Of a stretch of 64,000 bases of DNA, positions 49,397 through 59,346 are shown one piece after another. The position numbers and the translations under genes were made by a program. This stretch comes from Minisyncoccota bacterium (GTDB lineage Bacteria; Patescibacteriota; Minisyncoccia; Phycocordibacterales; UBA9973). The DNA lies in NCBI GenBank assembly GCA_031413715.1, contig JANOFO010000007.1, positions 90,338 to 154,337 of the forward strand. Direction: 5' to 3'. Position 1 is the stretch's first letter. Each line of letters begins with the position of its first letter. The notes beneath the pieces were generated by a model. It was not told the origin of the DNA. It was given only the letters and a program-made list of their open reading frames with translations, and made no database searches.

Positions 49397-49732
49397 TATC
49401 AGTTAAACAAAAGGCTCGCGATCCGTAATCACAAAAGTGACGTAGATCGCGAGCTCTTGGGCCCGGAATGCCTTTCAGGTTTGCCTCGTAGGGCGCTTAT
49501 TTAACTGTTGGATTCATTTTATCACTTTTACCTGTTTAGCCATAGTTCAGCGCGGTGGACAAAAAGTACCGATTCTGTCCAGTACAGCGATTTAACTGCT
49601 CAAAATCGGCGTTTCCGTAATGATACAAAAGTGTACTAGTTCGGAAATGGTTAAACTAATTATCTTGCAATCGATTCAAATATAGCATATAATGTACTGG
49701 AACTAACCTTTAAGGTTATTTCTAGTCTATAT

Positions 49733-50350
49733 ATGGACAATAAACCAACCAAAGGTGAATATGTAGAGGTCTTATTGAGATCTCCTAAAACCGTCTTTTC
49801 CACCAAAGATGTTGCTTTGTTGTGGGGTGAAGAAAAAGAACAGACCGTTAGCGGACGATTGTACAAATACGTTAAGGCTGGAAAGTTGATCAAAATTCAT
49901 CGTGGTATTTATGCAAAAGACAAAAATTATAATCGCTTTGAATTGGCTACTCGCATTTATACTCCCTCCTACATAAGCTTTGAGACTGTATTGACTCGAA
50001 CTGGTATCAATTTCCAATTCTACGGAAACATTTTTGTCGCCTCGTACGTGACTCGAAATATTGAAGCTGGTGATCAGAAAATATCATTTATCCGGATGAA
50101 AGACTATGTCTTGAGTAACACTACCGGCATTGAGCATCAGGATGGCATTGCTACGGCCACCAAAGAGCGGGCTTTCTTGGACCGGATTTATGTCAGCAAG
50201 GATTATCATTTTGATAACTTAAACGCATTGGATTGGGACAAAGTCTTTCAGATTTTGCCGATCTATAACAATAAACGGATGGAGAAAAAAGTTAAATCCT
50301 ACTTTAAGCATTATAAAAGTGATCAACCAACTCAATCAAAAAATATATGA
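49733..50350 (+). CDS. abiEi: Type IV TA antitoxin AbiEi
   Basis: wHTH (GKLIKIHRGIYA), PSYISFETVL, ATKERAFLD. Confidence 0.85.
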   Translation: MDNKPTKGEYVEVLLRSPKTVFSTKDVALLWGEEKEQTVSGRLYKYVKAGKLIKIHRGIYAKDKNYNRFELATRIYTPSYISFETVLTRTGINFQFYGNIFVASYVTRNIEAGDQKISFIRMKDYVLSNTTGIEHQDGIATATKERAFLDRIYVSKDYHFDNLNALDWDKVFQILPIYNNKRMEKKVKSYFKHYKSDQPTQSKNI

Positions 50351-51042
50351 AATTAGATTACTCAAAACACAAAAATATTTTGTTGCAGATTTTGAAGGAT
50401 ATTTATTCCGATACATCTATCGCGCCTCATTTGGGCTTTAAGGGTGGAACGGCCGCTCTGTTGTTCTATGGCTTGACCCGTGATTCGGTTGATTTGGATT
50501 TTGATCTATTGAACGAAGAAAAAGAAACTGAAGTATTTGAAAAGATTCAAAAAATGATTTCCAGTTACGGGACTGTCGTTGATTCTAGAATTAAGAAATT
50601 CAATCTATTGAATGTTCTCTCATATGCCCCTGGAGCTCAAAGAATAAAGGTTGAAGTTAATCGTAGAAATTTCAGATCGAAGTATGAGCTAAAGACCTTG
50701 CTTGGCATATCAATGTTGGTAATGGCGCAGGAAGATATGTTCGCCCATAAGCTTATGGCTATGCACGAGCGTATCGGTAAAACGAGCCGTGATGTGTACG
50801 ATGTTTGGTATTTCTTGGAAAATCACTGGCCGATTAATAAAGAGATTGTTGAACAGCGTTCCGGCAAGACATTCAAGGAAGTTTTGCAATTGACTGCCGA
50901 ACAATTGGAGAAAATGGACAATAAGCACGTTCTCGATGGCTTAGGTGATTTTCTTACGGAGCCACAGAAAGACTGGGCTAGAGCAAAGTTAAAATCCGAG
51001 ACTATCTTTCTTTTGAAAGCTCGGATGGAAAGCGAAAAATAA
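50347..51042 (+). CDS. abiEii: Type IV TA nucleotidyltransferase toxin AbiEii
   Basis: FKGGTA...RDSVDLDF, HKL, RDVYD; 4-bp overlap with abiEi. Confidence 0.9.
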   Translation: MKLDYSKHKNILLQILKDIYSDTSIAPHLGFKGGTAALLFYGLTRDSVDLDFDLLNEEKETEVFEKIQKMISSYGTVVDSRIKKFNLLNVLSYAPGAQRIKVEVNRRNFRSKYELKTLLGISMLVMAQEDMFAHKLMAMHERIGKTSRDVYDVWYFLENHWPINKEIVEQRSGKTFKEVLQLTAEQLEKMDNKHVLDGLGDFLTEPQKDWARAKLKSETIFLLKARMESEK

Positions 51043-51047
51043 CATTT

Positions 51048-51239
51048 ATGCCAAAGGAAATCGCCATCAAAACTGAGAAAGAAACCTACATCAAGTGCAA
51101 GAAGTGTGGCACTGAGATTTTTTCTATTACGTATGGGGATTTAACCTCATGTAAATGTGGGGCTGTTTCTGTCGATGGCTCTAAAGAATTAGTGAGAGTT
51201 GTCGGTAAACCAGAGGATTACGAAGAAATCCAAAAATAA
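51048..51239 (+). CDS. Small Zn-finger protein
   Basis: IKCKKCG...SCKCGAVSVDG. Confidence 0.7.
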   Translation: MPKEIAIKTEKETYIKCKKCGTEIFSITYGDLTSCKCGAVSVDGSKELVRVVGKPEDYEEIQK

Positions 51240-51243
51240 ATTT

Positions 51244-52917
51244 ATGCCTGAAAAAGATTTACAAAAAGAAATAATAGATTTGAAAGCCGAAGTAAAAAGG
51301 CTGAAAAAAAGTCGTCAGTACGGCTTGGTTTGGGAGCATAAGCCCGAGGATATTGTTTTAGAGAGCAATGAGAATATTCCCATTCTTAAGGAAGTAAAAG
51401 GCAAAAAAGTCTTTATTGATAGTTTGGTGCCAAACAACTTTTTAATCGAAGGCGATAACTATCACGCCTTGGCAGTTTTGAATTACACTCACCGCCGACA
51501 ATTTGATGTGGTTTATATCGATCCTCCCTATAACACCGGCGCTAGAGATTGGAAATACAACAATGACTTCGTTGATATAAACGATGAGTACAGACACAGT
51601 AAATGGCTGTCTTTGATGGCTAATAGACTTGTGCTAGCAAAAAATCTTCTCAAGGAAGATGGTGTACTCGTTATTGCGATCGACGACAACGAAGTGCATC
51701 ATCTACGGGTTTTACTCGAACAGCTGATGCCCTCGTATGACGTTACTTCGATAACTCTTGTGCATAATCCGAGAGGAAACATAACAAATAACTTCGCACG
51801 TACCCACGAGTATGCTCTTTTCGTTATCCCGAAAGGGCTATCTGCTATATCCCGCACGAAAAAGGATAATTCGGTATTAAGAAAAATGCGAAGATGGGGT
51901 CATAATTCAACACGAACAGCACGACCCACGATGTTTTATCCGGTCTATGTCAAAGATGGGAAGATTTCCCGAATCGGAGAAGCTCCAGAGAAAGATTTTC
52001 ATCCAAAAAATAAAAACATCAAGTTGGCCACCGGCGAAATTGAGGTATGGCCTATCGATCAGGACGGCGTAGAACGACGTTGGAATTTCGGACTTGATAG
52101 AGTGAATGATGAACTTGAGAGAATGGTTGCTGTTGAAGCAAAGAGTGAGTTTGATATTTTCTTAACGCAAGAAGATACGACGACCAAAACAGTCTGGACG
52201 GAAACGGACCTAGAAGCCGGAAGACATGGATCGACTTTGGTGAAAACAATCACAGGAAAAGACTTTCCTTTCCCTAAATCCATTCACACAGTCAGAAAGT
52301 GTTTGGAATTAATTATTGGTAATCGTCCAAATGCAAAAGTCCTAGACTATTTCGCAGGTTCCGGAACAACAGGACATGCGGTATTGGAAATCAATAAAGC
52401 CGATGGAGGCAACCGGCAATTTGTTTTGTGTACGAACAATGAGAGTAATATCTGCGAGGAAATAACGTATGAGCGAGTTAAAAGGGTAATAAAGGGCTAT
52501 AAGAACGGAAAGGATGAAAAAGTAGTGGGTATTCCAGCAAACTTTGCTTATTACAAAACAGATTTAATAAGTGTTGGCTTGCTAAAGAAAATCTCGGACG
52601 ATGCAAAAGTTAAGGTTACCTACCAAGCTGGAGAGATGATCGCTGTGCGTGAGGATACACTGAATGAAGTCGAGAAGAACGACTGGTGGCAAATCTTCGA
52701 GGGACGAGGACGAATGACTGCAATTTATTTCAAAGAGGATAAAGCCAAGCTTGCCGAACTGATAGCAAAATTGGAAAAGAAAGATGAGCCTATTGCTCTG
52801 TATATCTTCAGCTGGGGCAAGAACGAGTACAAGGGCGAATATTCTTCCGCCAGTATCCGAGTCGAGGATATTCCCGAGCCAATCCTTGAGGTGTATAAGG
52901 AACTAAACCGCCTATAA
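51244..52917 (+). CDS. mod: Type III restriction-modification methyltransferase Mod
   Basis: YGLVWE, IEGDN, IDPPYNTG, FPFPK, LDYFAGSGTTG. Confidence 0.92.
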   Translation: MPEKDLQKEIIDLKAEVKRLKKSRQYGLVWEHKPEDIVLESNENIPILKEVKGKKVFIDSLVPNNFLIEGDNYHALAVLNYTHRRQFDVVYIDPPYNTGARDWKYNNDFVDINDEYRHSKWLSLMANRLVLAKNLLKEDGVLVIAIDDNEVHHLRVLLEQLMPSYDVTSITLVHNPRGNITNNFARTHEYALFVIPKGLSAISRTKKDNSVLRKMRRWGHNSTRTARPTMFYPVYVKDGKISRIGEAPEKDFHPKNKNIKLATGEIEVWPIDQDGVERRWNFGLDRVNDELERMVAVEAKSEFDIFLTQEDTTTKTVWTETDLEAGRHGSTLVKTITGKDFPFPKSIHTVRKCLELIIGNRPNAKVLDYFAGSGTTGHAVLEINKADGGNRQFVLCTNNESNICEEITYERVKRVIKGYKNGKDEKVVGIPANFAYYKTDLISVGLLKKISDDAKVKVTYQAGEMIAVREDTLNEVEKNDWWQIFEGRGRMTAIYFKEDKAKLAELIAKLEKKDEPIALYIFSWGKNEYKGEYSSASIRVEDIPEPILEVYKELNRL

Positions 52918-52922
52918 AATAT

Positions 52923-55199
52923 ATGTTTGCACTAAAACCATTTCAGGAAACCGCAGTATCAAAACTCAAGAACGAGTTTCTTTCGCTGTGGAAGTTACCG
53001 AATCAAAACACACCGCTTGTTTTCAAATCTCCTACCGGCTCGGGCAAGACCATTATGCTGGCGCAGTTTTTGCGCGATATCGTAAGCGATCCACGCTTTG
53101 AAGGTAATGACGTAGCGTTTGTGTGGTTCTCGTTCAGCGAGGACTCATACGCACAGAGTAAGAAGAAACTCTTTGAATACTATGGTGGCGCATCAGAACT
53201 CGACTTGATTGACCTTAACGACCTTTCCCGTGGGAAACTTCATAAAAATGATGTTTTCTTTATTAACTGGCAAAAGATTAAAGGTAAAACAAAGGATAGT
53301 CGAAAGCTTCGCCGTGAAAACGAGCAAGGACTCACATTCGACAATTTTATAAACGAAACTCATGACGATGGACGCAAAATTGTTGTGATCATCGACGAGG
53401 AGCATATTGGTTCGGATACAGAACTAGCGCTGGAAGTCGTGGACGGACTCATCAAGCCGAAAATAACGCTTCGAGTATCTGCTACGCCAAAATATATCCC
53501 TACCCGCGCCGATACTGCGGGTTATGTCGAAGTAAAGCGAGCCGAAGTTGTGGAGGCCGGACTTATTAAAGAAAAGATTGTTTTTCAAACTGAAGAAGAT
53601 TTAGGACAAAAGGCAGTCAAGAAACTCGATCAAGATGAGATGCTTTTGGAGCTTGCTTATAACAAACGGCAGGACCTTATTGATCTATACAAAGAAATTA
53701 AGACTGAAGTAAATCCGTTGGTGCTTATCCAGTTGCCAAACGATGACCAAGCCACGAAAGAAACAAATGGTACGACCAAACAACAGATTGTTTTGGACTA
53801 CTTCAAGCGCAAAGGTGTGAAAGAAAACGAGATCGCCGTATGGCTCTCAAAAGAAAAGGAGAACCTTGAGGATTTGGAAAAGAGCAATTCTCCGGTCTCA
53901 TTCCTCCTATTCAAGCAAGCGGCCGCGACCGGCTGGGATTGTCCACGGGCTGGCGTGCTTGTGATGTTTCGCGAGATTAAGAATCCGACTTTTGCCATTC
54001 AAACTGTTGGCCGTATTTTGCGTATGCCGTTTGGAACTCATTTTGCTCATCCCGAGCTTAACCTCGGTTATCTCTACACAAACTACAAGCGCAACGAGGT
54101 GCTTGCGGAATATGCCAAGTCAAAAACGGAAAATCGCCCAGCGATCAATGGCAGTTATCGTAAGAAAAACATAAAGCCGGTCAAGCTTGAATCCGTCTTT
54201 ATGACACGTGCCGACTATAACGATCTCGGTGATACATTCCAACAGACATTCAAGAAAGTTGCGGATAAGAACCTTGATATTAAGAATTTGGATTTGAAAC
54301 CAAAAGTAACGAATGGTCTTATTGTTGGTGTCGAGATTGACGACTATGACAACTTTACGAAAGAGCTTTTTGAGGAAGGTGGGAGTCATGACCAAGAAAT
54401 GTCGAGGCATGACCTCGAACGACTCTATAACCTGCTTTGTTTCAAGATAATTGCCAAGCAGACAGATGAGAATAGAAAATTTGCGCCCGAACGTTCGTGG
54501 GGAAAGCTAAAAACCGCACTCAATATCTGGCTTATGGGTAAGCTGGGAGCTTCGCGTACTGATGCTTACAAAATTATTGTAAACGATCTTGTGAGTCCGG
54601 CAGGCGCTCTTGCTCCCGTCATTGGTGATGCACTTCTTGAGTATCGCCCTCTTCGAGAGCAGGAAGTTAACAAGAAATCTGCCCGAGCGAAGCGTATCGA
54701 GCACATCGAAATTCCGCGTGAGGCACTGTTCTTTACCGATCAATATGAGTCTATTACTACAAAGAAATCCGCGATGGAACCATTTTGGCTCGAGAAAGGA
54801 ATGTTTGGTGCGGTAAATGAAAAAGCTTTTATTGAATTTCTCGAATCTCCAAAGAATAAAAACGTAGTCTGGTGGTACAAAAATGGCGACTCCGGAAGCG
54901 AGTATTTCTCAATCTCTTACTATAATTCTGATGAGAACAAGGAGAAGCTGTTTTATCCCGACTGGATCGTTCAGTCTAAAGGCGAGGTTTATATCCTTGA
55001 TACCAAAGCCGGGATAACCGCCGAGAGCAATGACACAAAATATAAAGCTGAAGCTCTACAAGCATGGCTCAAAGGTAGGAAAGGTTTTGATGGTGGTATT
55101 GCAGTTCAAGACGGACCTAATGGCTGGAAGATAAATCGGAATGCTAAATATACTTACGACTCGTCAATGAAAGGCTGGGAGGTTTTTGAATTGAAATAG
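52923..55199 (+). CDS. res: Type III restriction endonuclease Res
   Basis: SPTGSGKT, IIDEEH, SAT, GWDCPRA, QTVGRILR; C-terminal FYPDW...LDTK nuclease. Confidence 0.9.
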   Translation: MFALKPFQETAVSKLKNEFLSLWKLPNQNTPLVFKSPTGSGKTIMLAQFLRDIVSDPRFEGNDVAFVWFSFSEDSYAQSKKKLFEYYGGASELDLIDLNDLSRGKLHKNDVFFINWQKIKGKTKDSRKLRRENEQGLTFDNFINETHDDGRKIVVIIDEEHIGSDTELALEVVDGLIKPKITLRVSATPKYIPTRADTAGYVEVKRAEVVEAGLIKEKIVFQTEEDLGQKAVKKLDQDEMLLELAYNKRQDLIDLYKEIKTEVNPLVLIQLPNDDQATKETNGTTKQQIVLDYFKRKGVKENEIAVWLSKEKENLEDLEKSNSPVSFLLFKQAAATGWDCPRAGVLVMFREIKNPTFAIQTVGRILRMPFGTHFAHPELNLGYLYTNYKRNEVLAEYAKSKTENRPAINGSYRKKNIKPVKLESVFMTRADYNDLGDTFQQTFKKVADKNLDIKNLDLKPKVTNGLIVGVEIDDYDNFTKELFEEGGSHDQEMSRHDLERLYNLLCFKIIAKQTDENRKFAPERSWGKLKTALNIWLMGKLGASRTDAYKIIVNDLVSPAGALAPVIGDALLEYRPLREQEVNKKSARAKRIEHIEIPREALFFTDQYESITTKKSAMEPFWLEKGMFGAVNEKAFIEFLESPKNKNVVWWYKNGDSGSEYFSISYYNSDENKEKLFYPDWIVQSKGEVYILDTKAGITAESNDTKYKAEALQAWLKGRKGFDGGIAVQDGPNGWKINRNAKYTYDSSMKGWEVFELK

Positions 55200-55201
55200 A
55201 C

Positions 55202-56386
55202 ATGATATTAGAACCAGAAAAATCAGAGGAAGAAATAGTTGATAACTATCGCACCGATACGCTTTATACGCATAAATTCAAAAATGATGCCGGTAAGTAT
55301 TTCACTATTGTTTCAAGAGATGGTAATAATGTGCCAGATGCAGTCGATGTAGAACATCCTTATCCTGTAATAAGGAATAAGATTAAAACCACATTTACTT
55401 TCATTAAACAAAATAATGAAATTACGGATGTATCGTTTAAGCGCTTCAAGTACTACAAGAATAAAGGCTATGTTGAGCAAGAAGAGCAAATTGTTTTTTC
55501 ATTCCCGTTTTTCAAACAGATTATCGGCTACCTACAACTTCTCTCGGAACTAAATCTTGTTGATGTGAATGAGAGGAGAATAGCACTTGCTGATGACAAC
55601 CTACCAAATTTAGACGATGAGACCAAGAAGAAGATTAAAACTCTTTTACTACGAAAGGACGGGCAACAAATCATAGAAGAGGTGTTGGCTAGTGGAATTA
55701 TAACCTCGACTGACATAGTTAATATTGGATATCGCAAGAAGCAACTTGAGATTTTCGACAAACTTATAAACCAAGCTGATTATTTCTCGACCTATGTATC
55801 AGAAAATGAACTTACTGATACCCGCCACGAATCGGTCTGGCAACATTTTTTCCATACTAACGATTGGATTTTTGGTTATGGATTAGATTATCGTTTTCTT
55901 GGCATCCTACAAAAAGAAGCTCATGTAACCGGCTCGGATGTTGCTGGGAAGGATTCTGTGATAAACGATTTTCTATTAGGATGTAGTAAATTTACAGTTT
56001 TAGTTGAATTAAAGAAGCACGACACTCCGCTATTTGGTAAAGACAAGAATCGCTCAAATTCTTGGACTCTTTCCGATGACTTAATATCCGGTCTTTCTCA
56101 AATCCTAGAACAAAAAGCGAGCTGGCAGATTTCGGCGGAAACAAATCCTAGTGGAAATTTTGATGATCAAGGAAACCCAATAAAACAAAAGACTATTGAC
56201 CCCAAAAGTATTCTTGTTATCGGATCAACTAAACAATTTGACGGGGATGAAAAAGAAAAACAAATCAAAGCAAAAACATTTGAACTCTTTCGGCGTGATT
56301 CTAGGAATATAGAAATTCTCACTTACGATGAATTGTACGAGAGGGCGAAGTTTATTGTTGAACATAAATTTAAAGCTAAAAAATAA
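55202..56386 (+). CDS. sduA: Shedu anti-phage nuclease SduA (DUF4263) with N-terminal extension
   Basis: ESVWQHFFHTNDWIFG, INDF...VELK, SQILEQK, IEILTYDELYERA. Confidence 0.85.
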   Translation: MILEPEKSEEEIVDNYRTDTLYTHKFKNDAGKYFTIVSRDGNNVPDAVDVEHPYPVIRNKIKTTFTFIKQNNEITDVSFKRFKYYKNKGYVEQEEQIVFSFPFFKQIIGYLQLLSELNLVDVNERRIALADDNLPNLDDETKKKIKTLLLRKDGQQIIEEVLASGIITSTDIVNIGYRKKQLEIFDKLINQADYFSTYVSENELTDTRHESVWQHFFHTNDWIFGYGLDYRFLGILQKEAHVTGSDVAGKDSVINDFLLGCSKFTVLVELKKHDTPLFGKDKNRSNSWTLSDDLISGLSQILEQKASWQISAETNPSGNFDDQGNPIKQKTIDPKSILVIGSTKQFDGDEKEKQIKAKTFELFRRDSRNIEILTYDELYERAKFIVEHKFKAKK

Positions 56387-56535
56387 TGAGAAGAAAACGG
56401 GACCCGAAATTTAAGGTTGAGGTGGTTTATAAAGGGGTACCGGACAAGAAAGATAACGTGCGCCAACTTTGGGATTTGCTAGTTTCCTTGCCTGATCCAG
56501 AGAAAGTGTCAAGGGAGATTAAAAAGGCTAATTGA
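56386..56535 (+). CDS. 49-aa protein translationally coupled to Shedu
   Basis: TAATG overlap; MRRKRDPKFKVEVVYKGVPDKKDNVRQLWDLLVSLPDPEKVSREIKKAN*. Confidence 0.5.
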   Translation: MRRKRDPKFKVEVVYKGVPDKKDNVRQLWDLLVSLPDPEKVSREIKKAN

Positions 56536-56643
56536 GTATGTAAGTCTATTTTGAGAAGTGGTATAATATTATTAATCAATTTATAAATAATTAATCGCCA
56601 GCTATTTTATTGGATCAAAATACAATAAAGCGACTGGTTCAAT

Positions 56644-59013
56644 ATGAATATGAAAATATTATATAAACTCAGTTCGTTTTTATTAGTATTCTCTCTCGTT
56701 ATCCTACCAACCGCTCCGGCCTTTGCTCAACTGGGAGATGTATCAGCACCGACAGTTGAAGCTTCTCCGGCTCCAGCACCCGAGCCCACACCTCCTCCAG
56801 TAGTTGAACCTACACCGGCTCCCGTACCGGAAACAGAAGGTCTTGAACCAGAAGTTCAGACTACAACTGAAGTATCAACTCCTCCAGTAACTCAATCCGG
56901 GCCCGAAGTTTCCGTAGGAACTGGATCAGGAGTTACGGTTACGGATACAATTGCACCCACCATCTCCGGTGTGGCCGATCTCTCACTTGGTTTAAGCGAA
57001 GCCACGATCGTTTGGACTACAGACGAACTTGCCGTCTCCCAACTTGAATATGGCACGACACAAAGCTATGGCCAGAGCGTCACACTTCCCGCAACTGGTC
57101 TTCTTGCTCATACAGCCATACTTCTCAACCTTTCTCCAAATACCACATATTACTACTGCATCCACGCCACTGATCTAGTCGGCAACACGAGAAATTCCTG
57201 CGGGCATACGTTCCAAACAGCAGCGCATCAGAGTGTCGAGGACACGACACCGCCAAATGTCACCTTGATTACTGTTGCTCCCATCACCACCACATCGGCA
57301 ACGATAAACTTCACCACCGACCTTGTCGGTAATGCTCGCGTCGAGTACGGCATGACTGCAGGGTATGGAGAAAGCACACCGCTTGATACGACCTTGAGCT
57401 TGAACCACAGTGTCGCTCTTTCAAATCTAACTCCAAACACCTTGTACCACTATCGTGTCATTACAAGCGACGAGCTTGGCAATGAGAGCATCACTTCCGA
57501 CGAGACATTTACCACCGAATCTATTGCCGCCGTTGATGCGGGAGTGACTACTCCTGAAACAGTGAACGTAGGTACGGGACAAACGGGTGTGAATGCATCG
57601 GTTGTCATTTCCGCTGTCGATACCGTATCAATCAGCACCTCGGCGGCAACGATCACTTGGCACACCAATCTTCCATCGGATTCACAAATCGAATACGGCG
57701 ACAGCGAGAATTTCGGGTCGCAAAGCACTTTGAGTTCAGCATTGACGACTTCGCATTCCGTCACGCTCACCGGTCTCGCCCCAAATACCAATTATATTTT
57801 CCGGGTGAAATCGAAGCCTCTTGGCGCAAGCGTTGCTACTATTTCGCAAAACTATGAGTTCAATACGCTCAATCATTCGATTCCAGTCGTCGCTCCGGCA
57901 AACATCATTTCCGTTTCTTCCGGATCGGTGACGAACACTGGGGCGACTATCAGTTGGACGACGGACAAGGATGCAACATCGCAAGTTGAATATGGATTGG
58001 ACACGACATACGGCTCGCGCAGCACTTTCCAGTCAGGCCTTGTCACAAGCCACTCGGTTTCTCTCGCAGGACTTTCTTCCGGCACGACATACCACTACAG
58101 AGTCAAGTCGGTTGATGAAGCTGGTAACATTACCTTTTCGGAAGATTACACCTTCACCACATCGGGTACTTCTTCGGGTGTTGTGGCACCGCATGTCACA
58201 CCAACACCTATCGGTGAGGCAGTTACGCCCGTAGTCGACGTAAACGGAGCCGACTCGCAGGTGATCTTCGAGATCAATGAGGGGAATCCAGATATTGTCG
58301 AAGATGTCGTAATCGAGCGTGACGGACAAGTGATCTACGAAGGAACAAGCCAGACCTTTACTGACACTAATCTTGTAAACGGTCATGACTATCACTACAC
58401 CGTCTTTGCTCGTGGGGGCGGAGGATCAAGTTCGGGGAGAGTCAACATTACCATCGCTCCGCAAGCAGGAGTTCGACAGGTTCAGTTTAACGAAAGTGGC
58501 ACACTTGCATCATCAACCCCAGCATTTCACTTCGTGAAGACATGGCAAAAAGGTGACAAGGATATCGAAATCGAACATTTGCAGGAAATTCTCGTTGCAG
58601 ACAAAGATTCATATCCGGAGAAATATGTGACTGGTTACTTCGGCTCTTTGACTCAAGCCGCACTCAAACGTTTTCAGGCAAAGCATGGACTTTCGCAGAC
58701 AGGAATTGTTGATGTGGTAACCCAAGCAAAACTTAATACTGTCTCTCATTCTGAAACAAAGCTCAATGTCCCGCATGATTATGTTGTCTTCTCAACTGAC
58801 CTCAAACGTGGTGATCAGGGCGAAGCGGTCAAAGACCTGCAACAATATCTGATCCATGAGGGTAGCTACGTCGAGGCACTCGTCTCCGGCTACTTCGGTA
58901 ATTACACCCACAATGCGGTAAAGAAATTCCAGACCAAATATGGTGTGACTCCGGTATCAGGGTTCGTCGGTTACAAAACACGTCACAGAATGCAACAGCT
59001 TACTGGAATGTAG
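56644..59013 (+). CDS. Secreted protein with FN3-like repeats and two peptidoglycan-binding domains
   Basis: Signal peptide, Pro/Glu linker, four ATI.W.T....S.VEYG...HSV.L..L.PNT.Y.YRV repeats; two GYFG..T..A...FQ.K.G motifs. Confidence 0.85.
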   Translation: MNMKILYKLSSFLLVFSLVILPTAPAFAQLGDVSAPTVEASPAPAPEPTPPPVVEPTPAPVPETEGLEPEVQTTTEVSTPPVTQSGPEVSVGTGSGVTVTDTIAPTISGVADLSLGLSEATIVWTTDELAVSQLEYGTTQSYGQSVTLPATGLLAHTAILLNLSPNTTYYYCIHATDLVGNTRNSCGHTFQTAAHQSVEDTTPPNVTLITVAPITTTSATINFTTDLVGNARVEYGMTAGYGESTPLDTTLSLNHSVALSNLTPNTLYHYRVITSDELGNESITSDETFTTESIAAVDAGVTTPETVNVGTGQTGVNASVVISAVDTVSISTSAATITWHTNLPSDSQIEYGDSENFGSQSTLSSALTTSHSVTLTGLAPNTNYIFRVKSKPLGASVATISQNYEFNTLNHSIPVVAPANIISVSSGSVTNTGATISWTTDKDATSQVEYGLDTTYGSRSTFQSGLVTSHSVSLAGLSSGTTYHYRVKSVDEAGNITFSEDYTFTTSGTSSGVVAPHVTPTPIGEAVTPVVDVNGADSQVIFEINEGNPDIVEDVVIERDGQVIYEGTSQTFTDTNLVNGHDYHYTVFARGGGGSSSGRVNITIAPQAGVRQVQFNESGTLASSTPAFHFVKTWQKGDKDIEIEHLQEILVADKDSYPEKYVTGYFGSLTQAALKRFQAKHGLSQTGIVDVVTQAKLNTVSHSETKLNVPHDYVVFSTDLKRGDQGEAVKDLQQYLIHEGSYVEALVSGYFGNYTHNAVKKFQTKYGVTPVSGFVGYKTRHRMQQLTGM

Positions 59014-59038
59014 CATTTGGTTTTTCTCAGCCTTGCTT

Positions 59039-59062
59039 AGTATACCCCCTAGGGGGTATACT
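59039..59062. promoter_or_regulatory. CsoR operator overlapping the cop promoter
   Basis: Perfect 24-bp palindrome agtataccccctagggggtatact spanning from -35 ttgctt (59033) through -10 tatact (59057). Confidence 0.88.
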
Positions 59063-59069
59063 TGTTTAT

Positions 59070-59345
59070 ATGAAATATATGGATGATAAAAATAAAGGTC
59101 GGATCATTCGGCGACTCAAGCTTCTTGAGGGTCAAGTGCGTGGCCTTCAGAAAATGGTTGAAAATGATACCTATTGCATCGACGTGATCACTCAAACGTC
59201 GGCAGTAAAACAAGGACTCTCAAATGTTGAAGACTTGTTGCTCGAAAATCATCTCAGTGGATGTATCCTCGACCAAGTAAAATCTGGTCAAACCAAGAAA
59301 GCAAAGGAGGAAATTCTAAAGGTATATAAACTCAAGAGAAAATAA
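59070..59345 (+). CDS. csoR: Copper-sensing repressor CsoR
   Basis: RLKLLEGQVRGLQKM, YCIDV, HLSGC (Cys-His-Cys ligands). Confidence 0.93.
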   Translation: MKYMDDKNKGRIIRRLKLLEGQVRGLQKMVENDTYCIDVITQTSAVKQGLSNVEDLLLENHLSGCILDQVKSGQTKKAKEEILKVYKLKRK

Positions 59346-59346
59346 T

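Noticed and set aside
49455-49500. c-di-GMP-I riboswitch (minus-strand ggcaaacc-tgaaa-gg)
   Set aside because: The downstream GACGCAAA and second stem are missing.
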